Source: Thermococcus kodakarensis KOD1 (GTDB lineage: Archaea; Methanobacteriota_B; Thermococci; Thermococcales; Thermococcaceae). From it: 32,000 bases of DNA. A model generated the notes under the pieces. The model had not been told where the DNA came from. It saw nothing but the letters and a program-made list of their open reading frames with translations, and ran no database searches. The stretch lies in contig NC_006624.1 in the NCBI RefSeq assembly GCF_000009965.1, positions 30,001-62,000 on the forward strand. The letters are read 5' to 3'. Position 1 is the stretch's first letter, and each line of letters starts with the position of its first letter. Shown one piece after another: positions 1-11,071 of this stretch. The translations under genes and the position numbers were made by a program.

Positions 1-681
1 TCCTCGGGGTTCCCATCGGGGTATTCTTTCTCGCACCAGTTTGGGTCGCTCTACGCGTTCTCCCTCGATGGAAGGCCCCTATGGAACATAACCCTCGGCC
101 ACTGGGTCAGGGACATGGAGGTGTGGAACGGCAGTGCGCTCCTGGGAACGGGCTTTGACAATTCAAGGGGCGAGATTTATCTGGTGTCCCCCAATGGAGA
201 AGTACTGATGAAGGGGAGTGCCTTCTATGTGGAGGACATCCTCGTGGTTGGGGACACCGCTTATGTCTCGGGGTACAATGGGCAAAACGGCAGTGTGATG
301 TCCTTGAAGCTTCCGTCGGGCCAGGTGATCTGGGAGCAAGAGCTTCCATATAGGGCCAAAGTGATGGCCTACTCAGACGGTCTCCTCCTGGTTGGCGTGG
401 GTAAGTTTGAGCAGAAGACCGAGAACGGTACAACGTACATCTACAGCGTCGGTTCCCTCTATGCTCTTGACCCAGAGAGCGGAGAAGTCGTTGGAAGTGT
501 CTCTAACACCGGCTATGTAAGGAGCATCGCAGTTCTCGGTGACAGAGCTGTTGTTGGGACTGCCAGTTCGGAGTTCTACGTGATTGACGTCAGTGCCCTC
601 AAGGGCAAAAATGGAACGTGTGGGCCGGCGGGTATAGTCCTGCTGGCTGTACTATTTGGGCTTCTGATTAAGAGACTTTGA
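1..681 (+). CDS. C-terminal part of a PQQ/WD-like beta-propeller surface protein with CGP-CTERM sorting tail (5' truncated by window)
   Basis: Frame 1 is open from base 1 (SSGFPSGYSFSHQFGSLYAFSLDGRPLWNITLG...), with repeated 'SLYALDPESGEVVG'-like blades. It ends CGPAGIVLLAVLFGLLIKRL, matching the Thermococcales CGP-CTERM pattern. Confidence 0.8.
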   Translation, partial: SSGFPSGYSFSHQFGSLYAFSLDGRPLWNITLGHWVRDMEVWNGSALLGTGFDNSRGEIYLVSPNGEVLMKGSAFYVEDILVVGDTAYVSGYNGQNGSVMSLKLPSGQVIWEQELPYRAKVMAYSDGLLLVGVGKFEQKTENGTTYIYSVGSLYALDPESGEVVGSVSNTGYVRSIAVLGDRAVVGTASSEFYVIDVSALKGKNGTCGPAGIVLLAVLFGLLIKRL

Positions 682-834
682 GAATTTTGCTTTTTTCTTA
701 ATCTATTTGTCGAACAACCTGTGTTGGATATCCTGCAACTGATTGGTAATAAAATTCTATGTTGAAGGGTGGCAATGTGACTGGATGTTCTCTTATTAAT
801 GGGCGTTAAGGCTAAATAAGGGACATAGTCTATA

Positions 835-850
835 CGAAAAAGTTATATAC
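835..850 (+). promoter_or_regulatory. BRE/TATA promoter of the earA-fam unit
   Basis: cgaaaaagTTATATAC, about 87 bp upstream of the probable earA start at 937. Expected TSS is about 25 nt downstream. Confidence 0.6.
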
Positions 851-936
851 TTTTCAACCGCTAATAAAACTGTGGCAACATGCTCAGTCAATATCAGCAG
901 GCTACAATCAGCCACAGAATTTCCGGAGGTGACAGG

Positions 937-1266
937 ATGAACTCGGTAGTAATCGAACCACAGGTATTGCGCTCCCTTCACCGCAGCGAGCTCAGAAAGA
1001 GGATATTGATGTATCTCAATGAGATATACCCATCCGCAACTTACCTGTCCGAGATAGCTCGGGTAATCGGCTCGGACCCCTCCAACGTCCGTGGGGCGCT
1101 GGTGGGTCTTGGGAATAGGTACAACAACGAAAGCTCCCTCGTTTACCTGGGTCTTGTCGAGGAGATAAGCAGGAACGGCTTCAAGTACTACCGTCTCACA
1201 GAGTACGGCAAGAGGGTCGTGGACTACCTCAGGGAGTACCACCGCTATTATCGGCGCTTCCTGTGA
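937..1266 (+). CDS. earA: EarA-like archaellum transcription regulator (HTH)
   Basis: The ORF track gives 880..1266, but ATG 937 is preceded by GGAGGTGA. The product is a small wHTH protein (MNSVVIEPQVLRSLHRSELRKRILMYLNEIYPSATYLSEIARVIGSDPSNVRGAL...) directly upstream of the fla operon, where the euryarchaeal archaellum regulator is found. Confidence 0.75.
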   Translation: MNSVVIEPQVLRSLHRSELRKRILMYLNEIYPSATYLSEIARVIGSDPSNVRGALVGLGNRYNNESSLVYLGLVEEISRNGFKYYRLTEYGKRVVDYLREYHRYYRRFL

Positions 1267-1275
1267 GGTGGAGAG

Positions 1276-2235
1276 ATGCCCACCTCCCTAGTTCGCGCCG
1301 TCGATACCAACCTAGACCTTATGACCGAGATGTCCCTATTTTTTATAATCTCCCTTGGGGTAAAGCGCGGTATTTTTTCAGCGCTTTCAAAGCGGCCGTC
1401 CCTTTCAAGGTTCATGGACGAAGTTAGGATCCCAAACAGAAGGCTCCTTTCCCGCTTTCTGGCGACCCTCGACAGACTGGGCATGGTCAAAACGACCAAC
1501 GATCACATTGAGCTGGCGGAATTCTCTCACAACCTTGTCGTTGCGGCAGAACGGTACGGTGCCCTGGTTTCAGACTGGGCATCCGTTCTTGAGGAGATAT
1601 ACAAGATGGCTGACTACGCTTTCATAACCCCCACTCATCCCCAGATCCTTATGGACTTCGATAAGGACGCCGACTTCTGGGACATGAGAATGAGCACCTC
1701 ATTTTCCAACCTCTATCGTAGGGCTATAGCCGAAGTTGCAGAGATAAAACCTGGCATGTCGGTCCTGGATATCGGCTGTGGGTCGGTTTCTCCCTCTTAT
1801 TTCGGCAGGCTCGTTGGCTACAACGGCTTTTATCTGGGTTTGGATTACTCTTATGCCCTCCTGGACATAGCCCGGGCCAGAATCGCGGGCGAGGCCCTCC
1901 CCGTTGTCCTCAAGGAGATTGATGCTACCATTATACGCCCGGTGAACTCTTACGACGTTGTGATAATGAGCTTTGTCCTTGAGTACATCCAGAACAGGAA
2001 AAGGGCCATAAAAAACGCCCTTGAGGGCCTCAGGGAAGGGGGAAAGCTCGTTATCGTTGATCCCTTCCGGGACAGGTTTAAGTACGTCCCAGCGCTGGAG
2101 TTTTTTGAGGCTCTTAACAAGGACTTTGTAGGGTTTCCCTCGGTTTCAGAGATAGAGGGGATAGTTTCCAGTTTGAACTTCAAAGTGAGTGTAAGGTCTC
2201 CGAGCAGGAGCGTTCTTCTTCTGGAAAAATTATGA
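1276..2235 (+). CDS. fam: Archaellum-locus-associated class I SAM methyltransferase
   Basis: N-terminal wHTH/dimerisation-like region, then the SAM motif VLDIGCGSVSPSYFGRLVG. Located 10 bp after earA and before the archaellins. Confidence 0.7.
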   Translation: MPTSLVRAVDTNLDLMTEMSLFFIISLGVKRGIFSALSKRPSLSRFMDEVRIPNRRLLSRFLATLDRLGMVKTTNDHIELAEFSHNLVVAAERYGALVSDWASVLEEIYKMADYAFITPTHPQILMDFDKDADFWDMRMSTSFSNLYRRAIAEVAEIKPGMSVLDIGCGSVSPSYFGRLVGYNGFYLGLDYSYALLDIARARIAGEALPVVLKEIDATIIRPVNSYDVVIMSFVLEYIQNRKRAIKNALEGLREGGKLVIVDPFRDRFKYVPALEFFEALNKDFVGFPSVSEIEGIVSSLNFKVSVRSPSRSVLLLEKL

Positions 2236-2237
2236 GT

Positions 2238-2251
2238 TCTTATTTTTTTGT
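2238..2251 (+). terminator. Oligo-T transcription terminator after fam
   Basis: tcttatttttttgttt immediately after the fam stop codon. Confidence 0.45.
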
Positions 2252-2253
2252 TT

Positions 2254-2277
2254 GTGTACCTACATATGTAGGTACAC
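2254..2277. promoter_or_regulatory. Perfect 24-bp palindrome containing TACATA boxes; candidate EarA operator
   Basis: gtgtacctacat|atgtaggtacac is its own reverse complement. TACATA occurs on both strands, and the element lies about 24 bp upstream of the BRE/TATA of the archaellin operon. Confidence 0.7.
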
Positions 2278-2300
2278 TCCTACTTACACTACCAACAACA

Positions 2301-2318
2301 AAAAAGGCCTTTATATAA
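2301..2318 (+). promoter_or_regulatory. BRE/TATA promoter of the archaellin operon
   Basis: aaaaaggcctTTATATAA, about 50 bp upstream of flaB start 2367. Confidence 0.7.
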
Positions 2319-2366
2319 TCCCGTTGTAAAGATTAGTGCAAAGAACCCCTAGGGGGTGCGTGGCTA

Positions 2367-3251
2367 ATGAAGACCAGAACAAGGAAAGGTGCGGTTGGTA
2401 TTGGAACCCTGATTGTTTTCATAGCCATGGTTCTAGTGGCGGCAGTGGCCGCGGCAGTGCTGATCAACACGAGCGGCTACCTGCAGCAGAAGAGCCAGGC
2501 TACTGGAAGAGAGACCACCCAGGAAGTAGCCAGCGGAATAAAGGTCGAGAGAGTCGTCGGTAAGACAGACCTCCCGTATACCAACATTGGATCCGATTCA
2601 ACGGAGCTTGATTACATAAGGCAGCTCGCCATCTACGTCAGCCCGAACGCCGGAAGCTCGGGAATCGACCTCAGCAACACCAAGGTCATTCTCAGCAACG
2701 GTGAGAAGGAGGCCGTTCTCAAGTACGCTGGTGGACCGGATGATGATTACGACGCATTCACCAAGGGCGTCCAGAACGACATTTTTGACCTGTACTTTAA
2801 GTATTCATCAGATGGTACCAACTGGAATAATGAGCACAGTGGTCTCGCCGCTTGGAAGAACCTCTACTACACGGGTACCAACCACGACCCGGCCAAGAAC
2901 TTCGGTATCATCGTCATCCAGGACGCCGACAACAGCCTCACCGAAGACTACCCGACCCTCAACAAGGGCGACCTCGTAGTCCTCACGGTCCTCGTTGGAA
3001 GCCTTGAGGAGTACACAGGTAATCCTTCAAATGACGACAATGCTGTCTACGAAACTGGTGGCGCCAAGTACGACTACATTGACGTTAATGGCAATAGCGA
3101 TACTACTGATACCATACAGGGCGTCTTCGGCGAGGGAATCCCCGCCGGTACCAAGATCACCGGTGAGGTCGTTCCGGAGTTCGGCGCTCCTGGCGTCATC
3201 GAGTTCACCACCCCGAGCACCTACACTGAGGCCGTTATGGAGCTCCAGTGA
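2367..3251 (+). CDS. flaB: Archaellin
   Basis: Class III signal peptide RKG|[36 protein letters not shown] and C-terminal [22 protein letters not shown]. Confidence 0.95.
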   Translation: MKTRTRKGAVGIGTLIVFIAMVLVAAVAAAVLINTSGYLQQKSQATGRETTQEVASGIKVERVVGKTDLPYTNIGSDSTELDYIRQLAIYVSPNAGSSGIDLSNTKVILSNGEKEAVLKYAGGPDDDYDAFTKGVQNDIFDLYFKYSSDGTNWNNEHSGLAAWKNLYYTGTNHDPAKNFGIIVIQDADNSLTEDYPTLNKGDLVVLTVLVGSLEEYTGNPSNDDNAVYETGGAKYDYIDVNGNSDTTDTIQGVFGEGIPAGTKITGEVVPEFGAPGVIEFTTPSTYTEAVMELQ

Positions 3252-3284
3252 TGTCATTTCCTTTCCACATTATTGAGGAGGTGA

Positions 3285-5033
<1,749 letters not shown>

Positions 5034-5047
5034 GGGGGTGATGAGAG

Positions 5048-5824
5048 ATGAGGTTCCTTAAGAAGCGTGGTGCGGTTGGTATTGGAACTTTGATAGTGTT
5101 CATCGCCATGGTGCTCGTTGCGGCAGTTGCCGCGGCAGTGCTCATCAACACCAGCGGCTACCTCCAGCAGAAGAGCCAGAGCACTGGAAGGCAAACCACC
5201 GAGGAGGTAGCCAGCGGAATAAAGGTAACGAGCATCGTTGGCTATGCACCATACGACGATAGCAACAAGGTGTACAAGCCAATAAGCAAGCTTGCCATCT
5301 ACGTCAGCCCGAACGCCGGAAGTGCCGGCATCGACATGAAGAAGGTCAGGGTAATACTCAGCGACGGCAGTATCGAGGCCGTGTTGAAGTATGACAATTC
5401 GGACGCTGACAGTGATGGAACGCTTGACAAAGACGTCTTCGCCGTCGGCATGCCCGACAACGTGTTTGAGGATGACACCGGCACAACGGCCTACGATGGC
5501 GATCAGTACATCACCTGGAGCGAACTCAACGACAAGACCTTCGGCATCATAGTCGTCCAGGACAGCGACGGCTCCCTCAAGCCGCTCACCCCGACCCTCA
5601 ACAAGGGTGACATCGCCATAATCGCCGTCAGGGTTGGCAATTATTACGTTGACAGCAACGGTAACCTCCAGGCATACTCACCCACACCAGATGGCGTCTT
5701 CGGCGAAGGCATCAAGCCCAACACCCACATAACCGGCCAGGTCGTTCCGGAGCACGGTGCCCCTGGCGTCATTGACTTCACCACACCGTCAACCTATACC
5801 CAGAGCGTCATGGAGCTCCAGTGA
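5048..5824 (+). CDS. flaB: Archaellin
   Basis: KKRG|[36 protein letters not shown]; C-terminus [20 protein letters not shown]. Confidence 0.95.
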   Translation: MRFLKKRGAVGIGTLIVFIAMVLVAAVAAAVLINTSGYLQQKSQSTGRQTTEEVASGIKVTSIVGYAPYDDSNKVYKPISKLAIYVSPNAGSAGIDMKKVRVILSDGSIEAVLKYDNSDADSDGTLDKDVFAVGMPDNVFEDDTGTTAYDGDQYITWSELNDKTFGIIVVQDSDGSLKPLTPTLNKGDIAIIAVRVGNYYVDSNGNLQAYSPTPDGVFGEGIKPNTHITGQVVPEHGAPGVIDFTTPSTYTQSVMELQ

Positions 5825-5881
5825 TTCCAGCGGCTCTTCTTTCTCCCTTTCGTTCTTTAACAACCCTTTGGAGGTGGTGCT

Positions 5882-6541
5882 ATGCGTAGGAGGGGAGCAA
5901 TAGGCATCGGCACGCTGATCGTCTTCATCGCAATGGTGCTGGTTGCTGCAGTGGCCGCAGGGGTCATCATCGGTACAGCGGGCTACCTTGAGCAGAAGGC
6001 TCAGGCCGCTGGCAGGCAGACCACACAGGAGGTAGCCAGCGGAATAAAGGTGCTCAACGTCTACGGCTACACCAACGCCACACCCCCGAGCAACGGCACA
6101 ATAGAGAGGATGGCTATCTTCATAACTCCCAACGCAGGCAGTGAGGGCATCGACCTGAGCAACGTTAAGATAGTTCTCAGCGACGGAAGGAGGCTGGTCG
6201 TTTACAACTACTCGGGTAGCTTCCAGAACGCCGAGAGCGTTAAGGACCTCTTCAACATGACCTACGTTGGCGTGTGGAACAGCACAAATGGAACGGCCAG
6301 CTTTGGCATAGCCGTCATCAACGACATAGGCAGCGAGATGCAGGGAACCCACCCGACGCTTGAGTTCGGTGACATGGTCGCGCTATGCGTCTGGACGACG
6401 ATGTTCGAGTACGAGGATAAGGACGGCATAGGCCCGAGCACCAGGATAACCGGAAAGGTCATCCCCGAGAGGGGCGCCGCCGGTGTGCTCGACTTCACCA
6501 CGCCGGCCACGTTCAGCTACAACGTGATGGTGCTCCAGTGA
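5882..6541 (+). CDS. flaB: Archaellin
   Basis: MRRRG|[36 protein letters not shown]; archaellin C-terminus. Confidence 0.95.
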   Translation: MRRRGAIGIGTLIVFIAMVLVAAVAAGVIIGTAGYLEQKAQAAGRQTTQEVASGIKVLNVYGYTNATPPSNGTIERMAIFITPNAGSEGIDLSNVKIVLSDGRRLVVYNYSGSFQNAESVKDLFNMTYVGVWNSTNGTASFGIAVINDIGSEMQGTHPTLEFGDMVALCVWTTMFEYEDKDGIGPSTRITGKVIPERGAAGVLDFTTPATFSYNVMVLQ

Positions 6542-6552
6542 GGTGATGTGAG

Positions 6553-7380
6553 ATGAGGAGGGGAGCAATAGGCATTGGAACGCTCATCGTGTTCATTGCC
6601 ATGGTGCTGGTTGCCGCGGTGGCCGCTGGAGTGCTCATAAGCACCAGCGGCTACCTCCAGCAGAAGGCAATGAGCGCCGGCAGGCAGACCACCCAGGAGG
6701 TCGCGAGCGGAATTAAGGTGCTCAACGTCTACGGCTACATCAACGGTTCAACACCCGGCGCCCACAATATAACCAGACTCGTCCTCTACGTCAGCCCGAA
6801 TGCCGGATCCGGTGGCATTGACCTTGCCCACGTTAAGGTCGTCATAAGCGACGGCAAGAGGATGGCCGTTTATCGTTACTACGACCCCAATGAGGACAAA
6901 AACAGTGATATCCAGCCAGCTTACATCCACTACACAGGGGACATCGCTAACGTCTTTGCCTATGAGAAGTGGGAGCCGTACTATAAAGGTAAGTACCCCA
7001 CCGGGTTTGACCCCAACAATAAGTTCTACATAACGGACAACATCGACATAAGCGCCGTCTGGTGGAACCTCTACAGCGCCTACAACAAGACCAGTAATAA
7101 TGATAAGGACTACGGTAAACTCCTCTTTGGAATTGCGGTCGTTCAGGACGGTGACGAGAGCCTTGACAGTGAGAACCACCCCAGCCTCAGCTGGGGTGAC
7201 ATAGCGGCCATTATGCTGTGGACGTTCCCGTTTGATGATAACAACAATCCGATCGATGGATTCGGTCTGCCACCGAGCACCAAGGTCACCGGAAAGGTCA
7301 TACCTGAGAACGGTGCGGGCGGCGTCATAGACTTCACAACACCATCGACGTATACTGACAACATACTGGAACTCCAGTGA
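6553..7380 (+). CDS. flaB: Archaellin
   Basis: MRRG|[36 protein letters not shown]; C-terminus [20 protein letters not shown]. Confidence 0.95.
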   Translation: MRRGAIGIGTLIVFIAMVLVAAVAAGVLISTSGYLQQKAMSAGRQTTQEVASGIKVLNVYGYINGSTPGAHNITRLVLYVSPNAGSGGIDLAHVKVVISDGKRMAVYRYYDPNEDKNSDIQPAYIHYTGDIANVFAYEKWEPYYKGKYPTGFDPNNKFYITDNIDISAVWWNLYSAYNKTSNNDKDYGKLLFGIAVVQDGDESLDSENHPSLSWGDIAAIMLWTFPFDDNNNPIDGFGLPPSTKVTGKVIPENGAGGVIDFTTPSTYTDNILELQ

Positions 7381-7393
7381 TGGGGGTGGGCTT

Positions 7394-7870
7394 ATGGCGC
7401 TAGATTTCCTTTCATCTTTATTCAAGAAGAAAAAGACGGAAAGCCCCGCCCCCGAGGAAGAGCACATCGACCTGGAGGAACTTGAAGAGGCCGTCGAGAA
7501 CAGGGAGGAGAACGAACAGCTGAACCAGCTTATGGAGAGGGTCAACGAGATAGAGAACGACCTCCCGAGGATAAAGATAGGCATTGACACCCTCAAGAAG
7601 CAGATGCAGGAGCTGAGGGACGAGATAGACAGGCTTGACAAGACCATCAAAGACGTCATGATGCTCTACGAGGTCATAAGCCAGGAGATAAACCCGTTCA
7701 AGGAGCAGATGAGCCAGGAAAACCCGCTCTCCAGCGAAATTCAGGACATCAGAAAGGAGCTTGAAGACCTCAAGCTCGAAATAGCACAGATCAAAAACGA
7801 CATTAAGGTGCTCGCAGGATATGGTGTTGATCTGGACTCGATCATATACGAGGTCCTAGCGGAGGTGTGA
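7394..7870 (+). CDS. flaC: Archaellum accessory protein FlaC/ArlC
   Basis: Coiled-coil protein (LDELEEAVENREENEQLNQLMERVNEIENDLPRIKIGIDTL) between the archaellins and flaD. Confidence 0.85.
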   Translation: MALDFLSSLFKKKKTESPAPEEEHIDLEELEEAVENREENEQLNQLMERVNEIENDLPRIKIGIDTLKKQMQELRDEIDRLDKTIKDVMMLYEVISQEINPFKEQMSQENPLSSEIQDIRKELEDLKLEIAQIKNDIKVLAGYGVDLDSIIYEVLAEV

Positions 7871-7873
7871 CGC

Positions 7874-9298
7874 ATGGAGATGGCAAGGCTCGTCACAGAG
7901 GCAGACATCAACGCCAAGCTTTCAGAGCTGAAGGGCAAGGTTCCCAGCGTCATAATCAACGAACTCAGGGAGAAGCTCATAGCCAGAAAGGACAACCTCA
8001 CCTACGAGCAGCTGGAGAAGATAGTCAAGAAGGTGCTGGAAACCTACGGCAACCAGGTGACCAAGTACGAGGAACTCAGCAAGAGAGTTGACGAGCTCGG
8101 CAAGAGGCTGACCGACCTCAGCATGCAGCTCACCAGGCTCGTTGAGACCCTTGAAACAGCAAAGTTTGACGTCCACGAAAAGAAGGCTGAGAAGGTCTCT
8201 GAAAAGGTAGAGGAAGTCCACGAGAAGATCGGAAAGCTTGAGGAAATCCTTGAGGGTGGAGAAGAGAAGGAAGAAGTTCCGTCTGAGGTTGTTCAGAAGC
8301 TCGAAGAGCTCCACAAGAAGATCGAGGAGCTTGAGGAGAAGGTGGAAGCTAAGACCGCTGCCGAGAAGCTTGAAGAAGCCCAAGAAAGGCTCGAAGAGCT
8401 CCAGGAGAAAATACGGGCTGGAGAAGAGGTCAGCGAGGAAGAGCTCGCTGAGGCCGAGAGGGCGGTTGCCGAGGCCCAGGAGGAAGTTGCCCGCGCCGAG
8501 GAGCAGGAAATCGAAGAGGCACCGATTCCGGCGGAAGAGAGTGAGGAAGTCTCAATTCCTGCGGAGATAGAGGAGGTCCCCACGGAGGAGACCGTTGAAG
8601 TCCCCGCAGAGGTTGTTCCTGAAGAAGCTCAGCCTGAGGCTGTAGAAGAAGTTCCCGAGGTTGGTGTCGAGGAGGTAGCCCCCGAAGCGGAGGAAGCACC
8701 TTTGGAGGTGCAGCCTGAGGAAGTTGTCCCGGCCGAAGAGGCCGCTCCCGAGATGGAAATGGAAGTTGAAGCCCTCCCGCAGGAGGAAGCCCCCGAAGAG
8801 GTTTCGGTTGAAGAGGTTCCCGCTCACGAAGTTGTTGAGGAAGAAAAGAAGGAGGAAGGTGGTGTTGAGATGGCAAGCCAGCTTCAGATTCCCGAGGATA
8901 TAGCTAGTCTCCTCTTCGAGGAGGAGCCGAGGAAGGCCAGGCTTGAGAAGCTTCCCGAGGACATAGTCTCGACCATGATAGCGCTCAAGTGGCTCGGCTT
9001 CCTGATTGACAGGGTCGGAATACAGAACCTTGAGAGGGTGCTGGAGTTCTACTACGAGATAGGCTGGATAAGCGAGGAAGTCCTTAACCAGCTCCTCAAC
9101 TACGCCAGGGGAACAAGGCCGCACCACAGAGACCCAGAGTGGAAACCAGCCGAGAAGCTAACTGTCCAGGACCACCTCATAAGCCTGCTCTTCATCGAGA
9201 GGCTCAGGGGTCTCAAGATAAACAGGGCAGTCCTTGACAAGCTTGAAAGGGAAATCAAGATGCTCGAAAAGACCCTCGATGAGTTCTACGGAATCTGA
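7874..9298 (+). CDS. flaD: Archaellum accessory protein FlaD/E with long Glu-rich linker
   Basis: The conserved FlaD/E C-terminal domain (RLEKLPEDIVSTMIALKWLGFLIDRVGIQNLERVLEFYYEIGWISEEVLNQLLNYARG) sits in fla gene order. Confidence 0.88.
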   Translation: MEMARLVTEADINAKLSELKGKVPSVIINELREKLIARKDNLTYEQLEKIVKKVLETYGNQVTKYEELSKRVDELGKRLTDLSMQLTRLVETLETAKFDVHEKKAEKVSEKVEEVHEKIGKLEEILEGGEEKEEVPSEVVQKLEELHKKIEELEEKVEAKTAAEKLEEAQERLEELQEKIRAGEEVSEEELAEAERAVAEAQEEVARAEEQEIEEAPIPAEESEEVSIPAEIEEVPTEETVEVPAEVVPEEAQPEAVEEVPEVGVEEVAPEAEEAPLEVQPEEVVPAEEAAPEMEMEVEALPQEEAPEEVSVEEVPAHEVVEEEKKEEGGVEMASQLQIPEDIASLLFEEEPRKARLEKLPEDIVSTMIALKWLGFLIDRVGIQNLERVLEFYYEIGWISEEVLNQLLNYARGTRPHHRDPEWKPAEKLTVQDHLISLLFIERLRGLKINRAVLDKLEREIKMLEKTLDEFYGI

Positions 9299-9322
9299 GG
9301 CACAAAAATCGGGGGGCGGCCT

Positions 9323-9847
9323 ATGGGGTTCAGCGTGTCAGCGAGTGCAGCGATCATCTTTATCTCATTTTTAATAGCCGCCAGCACACTCTATACTGCA
9401 TGGGACAACACCTACACCACTGTCCAGGCCGCCCGGGAGGATTGGTACGAGCTGAAGCTTTCCCAGCTGAATACGCTCGTTGGATTGAACGCGTCGGTTG
9501 GAGAGTATTCGGTTTCCATCACTAATGGATATTACAACGTCACGCTCTACATTCAGAACTCTGGGGACACCCTCTATGTTTCAGGTTGGAGCGCGATTTA
9601 CGACGGTAAATATGCCACGATATACGACGTCTCCGACGATAACGTTGGTCTGCTTGATTATCGTCCATATCTGCTTCCGTCGGAGAGCGTTCCCATCAAC
9701 GTGACGAACATAAAGAGTGATAGTACCGTTCACAACCTCACCGTGGTGTTTGAAAACGGGTGTTGGCTCAGGATGAGCTGGCACTACACGGGAAGTTCTG
9801 TGGTGCTCGATGGCACCAGCGAGGGTTGTCCAGCGGAGGTGGGATGA
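9323..9847 (+). CDS. flaF: Archaellum stator-type protein FlaF/ArlF
   Basis: N-terminal TM region (MGFSVSASAAIIFISFLIAASTLYTAWDNTYTTV), beta-rich domain, and position between flaD and flaG. Confidence 0.88.
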   Translation: MGFSVSASAAIIFISFLIAASTLYTAWDNTYTTVQAAREDWYELKLSQLNTLVGLNASVGEYSVSITNGYYNVTLYIQNSGDTLYVSGWSAIYDGKYATIYDVSDDNVGLLDYRPYLLPSESVPINVTNIKSDSTVHNLTVVFENGCWLRMSWHYTGSSVVLDGTSEGCPAEVG

Positions 9848-10332
9848 TGGCCGCAGGGGGACCAGCGAGCGAGCTGATAATGTTCATGGTGGCAGTGCTC
9901 GTCGCGGGGAGCGTCGCGGGGGCACTGGCCTATGTAACCACCGACATAGCTAACGGCATGAACGACAGAGGCGCTATGCTCGCCGATCAGCTCAGGACAG
10001 ACTTCGCGATAATCAACGATCCCACCAATATACCGGTAGCGGGAACTGGGCCGTACACATATACGTTTTACATCAAGAATATTGGCAAGACATCCATCCC
10101 GTTCACATCCGACGCCATTCAGGTCTTCATCAACGGGGAGATCGTACCTCCCGCAAACCTAGCCTTTACTGATGTTAACGGCAACTCAATAACATCCTTG
10201 CCCCCCTACGAAGTTGGGGTCATAGTGGTTACTAGGGAAACTGCCTTAACTCCAGGAAATTACTACAAGCTCACAGTGGTTCTTGAGAATGGCAAGAAGC
10301 GCAGCCTCGTGTTTAAGGCTCCATCTCCGTGA
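9844..10332 (+). CDS. flaG: Archaellum protein FlaG/ArlG
   Basis: MMAAGGPASELIMFMVAVLVAGSVAGALAYVTTDIANGMNDRG. It overlaps the flaF stop (ATGATG). The listed ORF start at 9760 overlaps flaF and looks wrong. Confidence 0.87.
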   Translation: MMAAGGPASELIMFMVAVLVAGSVAGALAYVTTDIANGMNDRGAMLADQLRTDFAIINDPTNIPVAGTGPYTYTFYIKNIGKTSIPFTSDAIQVFINGEIVPPANLAFTDVNGNSITSLPPYEVGVIVVTRETALTPGNYYKLTVVLENGKKRSLVFKAPSP

Positions 10333-10359
10333 GACCTGGGGTTAAATAACACCTTCCCG

Positions 10360-11070
10360 GTGGTGGTCACGTTGGTCGAGGAACTACTCAAGATAGAGCT
10401 CAAGGGAGACGAGCTGCACAGGCGCCTTGGCGGTGGAATCCCCGCCGGGACAATAATGCTAGTCGAGGGTGATAGGGGTAGCGGTAAGTCTATATTTGTC
10501 CAGAGGCTCCTCTACGGCTTCCTAATGAACGGCTACACGGCCAGCTACATCTCAAGTCAGTACACCACCGTTGAGTACATCAAACAGATGGAGTCTCTGG
10601 GTTACGGCATAATCCCTTTTCTAATCAGAAAAAAGCTGGTTTTTGTGTCGCTTTACCCCCTTCTCTCGGGTGTGAGCGAGAAGAGGAAGTTTTTGAGCAG
10701 GCTTTTCGGCGAGCCAAGGTTGTGGGAGCCAAACGTTATGATCATCGATGCGTTTTCATCCCTGCTCTCCAGGGAGCAGGACCCCGATGCCGTGAGGGAT
10801 TTTCTCCTCTACGTCAAGAAGATGGCCTCCCTGGACAAGGTGATAATCCTCACCGCCAACACTGAGGAAATAGACAGGGACTCGCTCTTCGTCCTTGAGG
10901 AAGCCTCGACCATGCTGATCCGCCTCAACGTCAAAGTCTTCGGCGGTGATCTGAAGAACTCCGCGACTATTGTGAAGTACAACAACGCTAAGGGAGTCTT
11001 CCAGAAGATAATACCCTTCCGCGTTGAGCCGAAGGCCGGGCTTATAGTAGAAATAGCGGCGGTGGTGTGA
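10360..11070 (+). CDS. flaH: Archaellum KaiC-like ATPase FlaH/ArlH
   Basis: Walker A EGDRGSGKS; RecA/KaiC-like sequence; GTG start. Confidence 0.93.
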   Translation: MVVTLVEELLKIELKGDELHRRLGGGIPAGTIMLVEGDRGSGKSIFVQRLLYGFLMNGYTASYISSQYTTVEYIKQMESLGYGIIPFLIRKKLVFVSLYPLLSGVSEKRKFLSRLFGEPRLWEPNVMIIDAFSSLLSREQDPDAVRDFLLYVKKMASLDKVIILTANTEEIDRDSLFVLEEASTMLIRLNVKVFGGDLKNSATIVKYNNAKGVFQKIIPFRVEPKAGLIVEIAAVV

Positions 11071-11071
11071 T

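Noticed and set aside
681-834. Possible additional ncRNA in the gap upstream of earA
   Set aside because: AT-rich, no box C/D or H/ACA pattern and no convincing stem; most likely terminator plus promoter region.
6748-7659. 303-aa minus-strand ORF
   Set aside because: Antisense to archaellin/flaC; sequence is an artefact (SSSCIC, SSSFSS runs).
8552-9127. 191-aa minus ORF and other long ORFs opposite flaD
   Set aside because: Mirror of GAG/GAA-rich linker DNA; the F/L-rich antisense reading is expected from the Glu repeats.
9760-9843. N-terminal extension of flaG in the ORF track
   Set aside because: Overlaps flaF and lacks membrane-protein character; ATG 9844/9847 fits the FlaG N-terminus.
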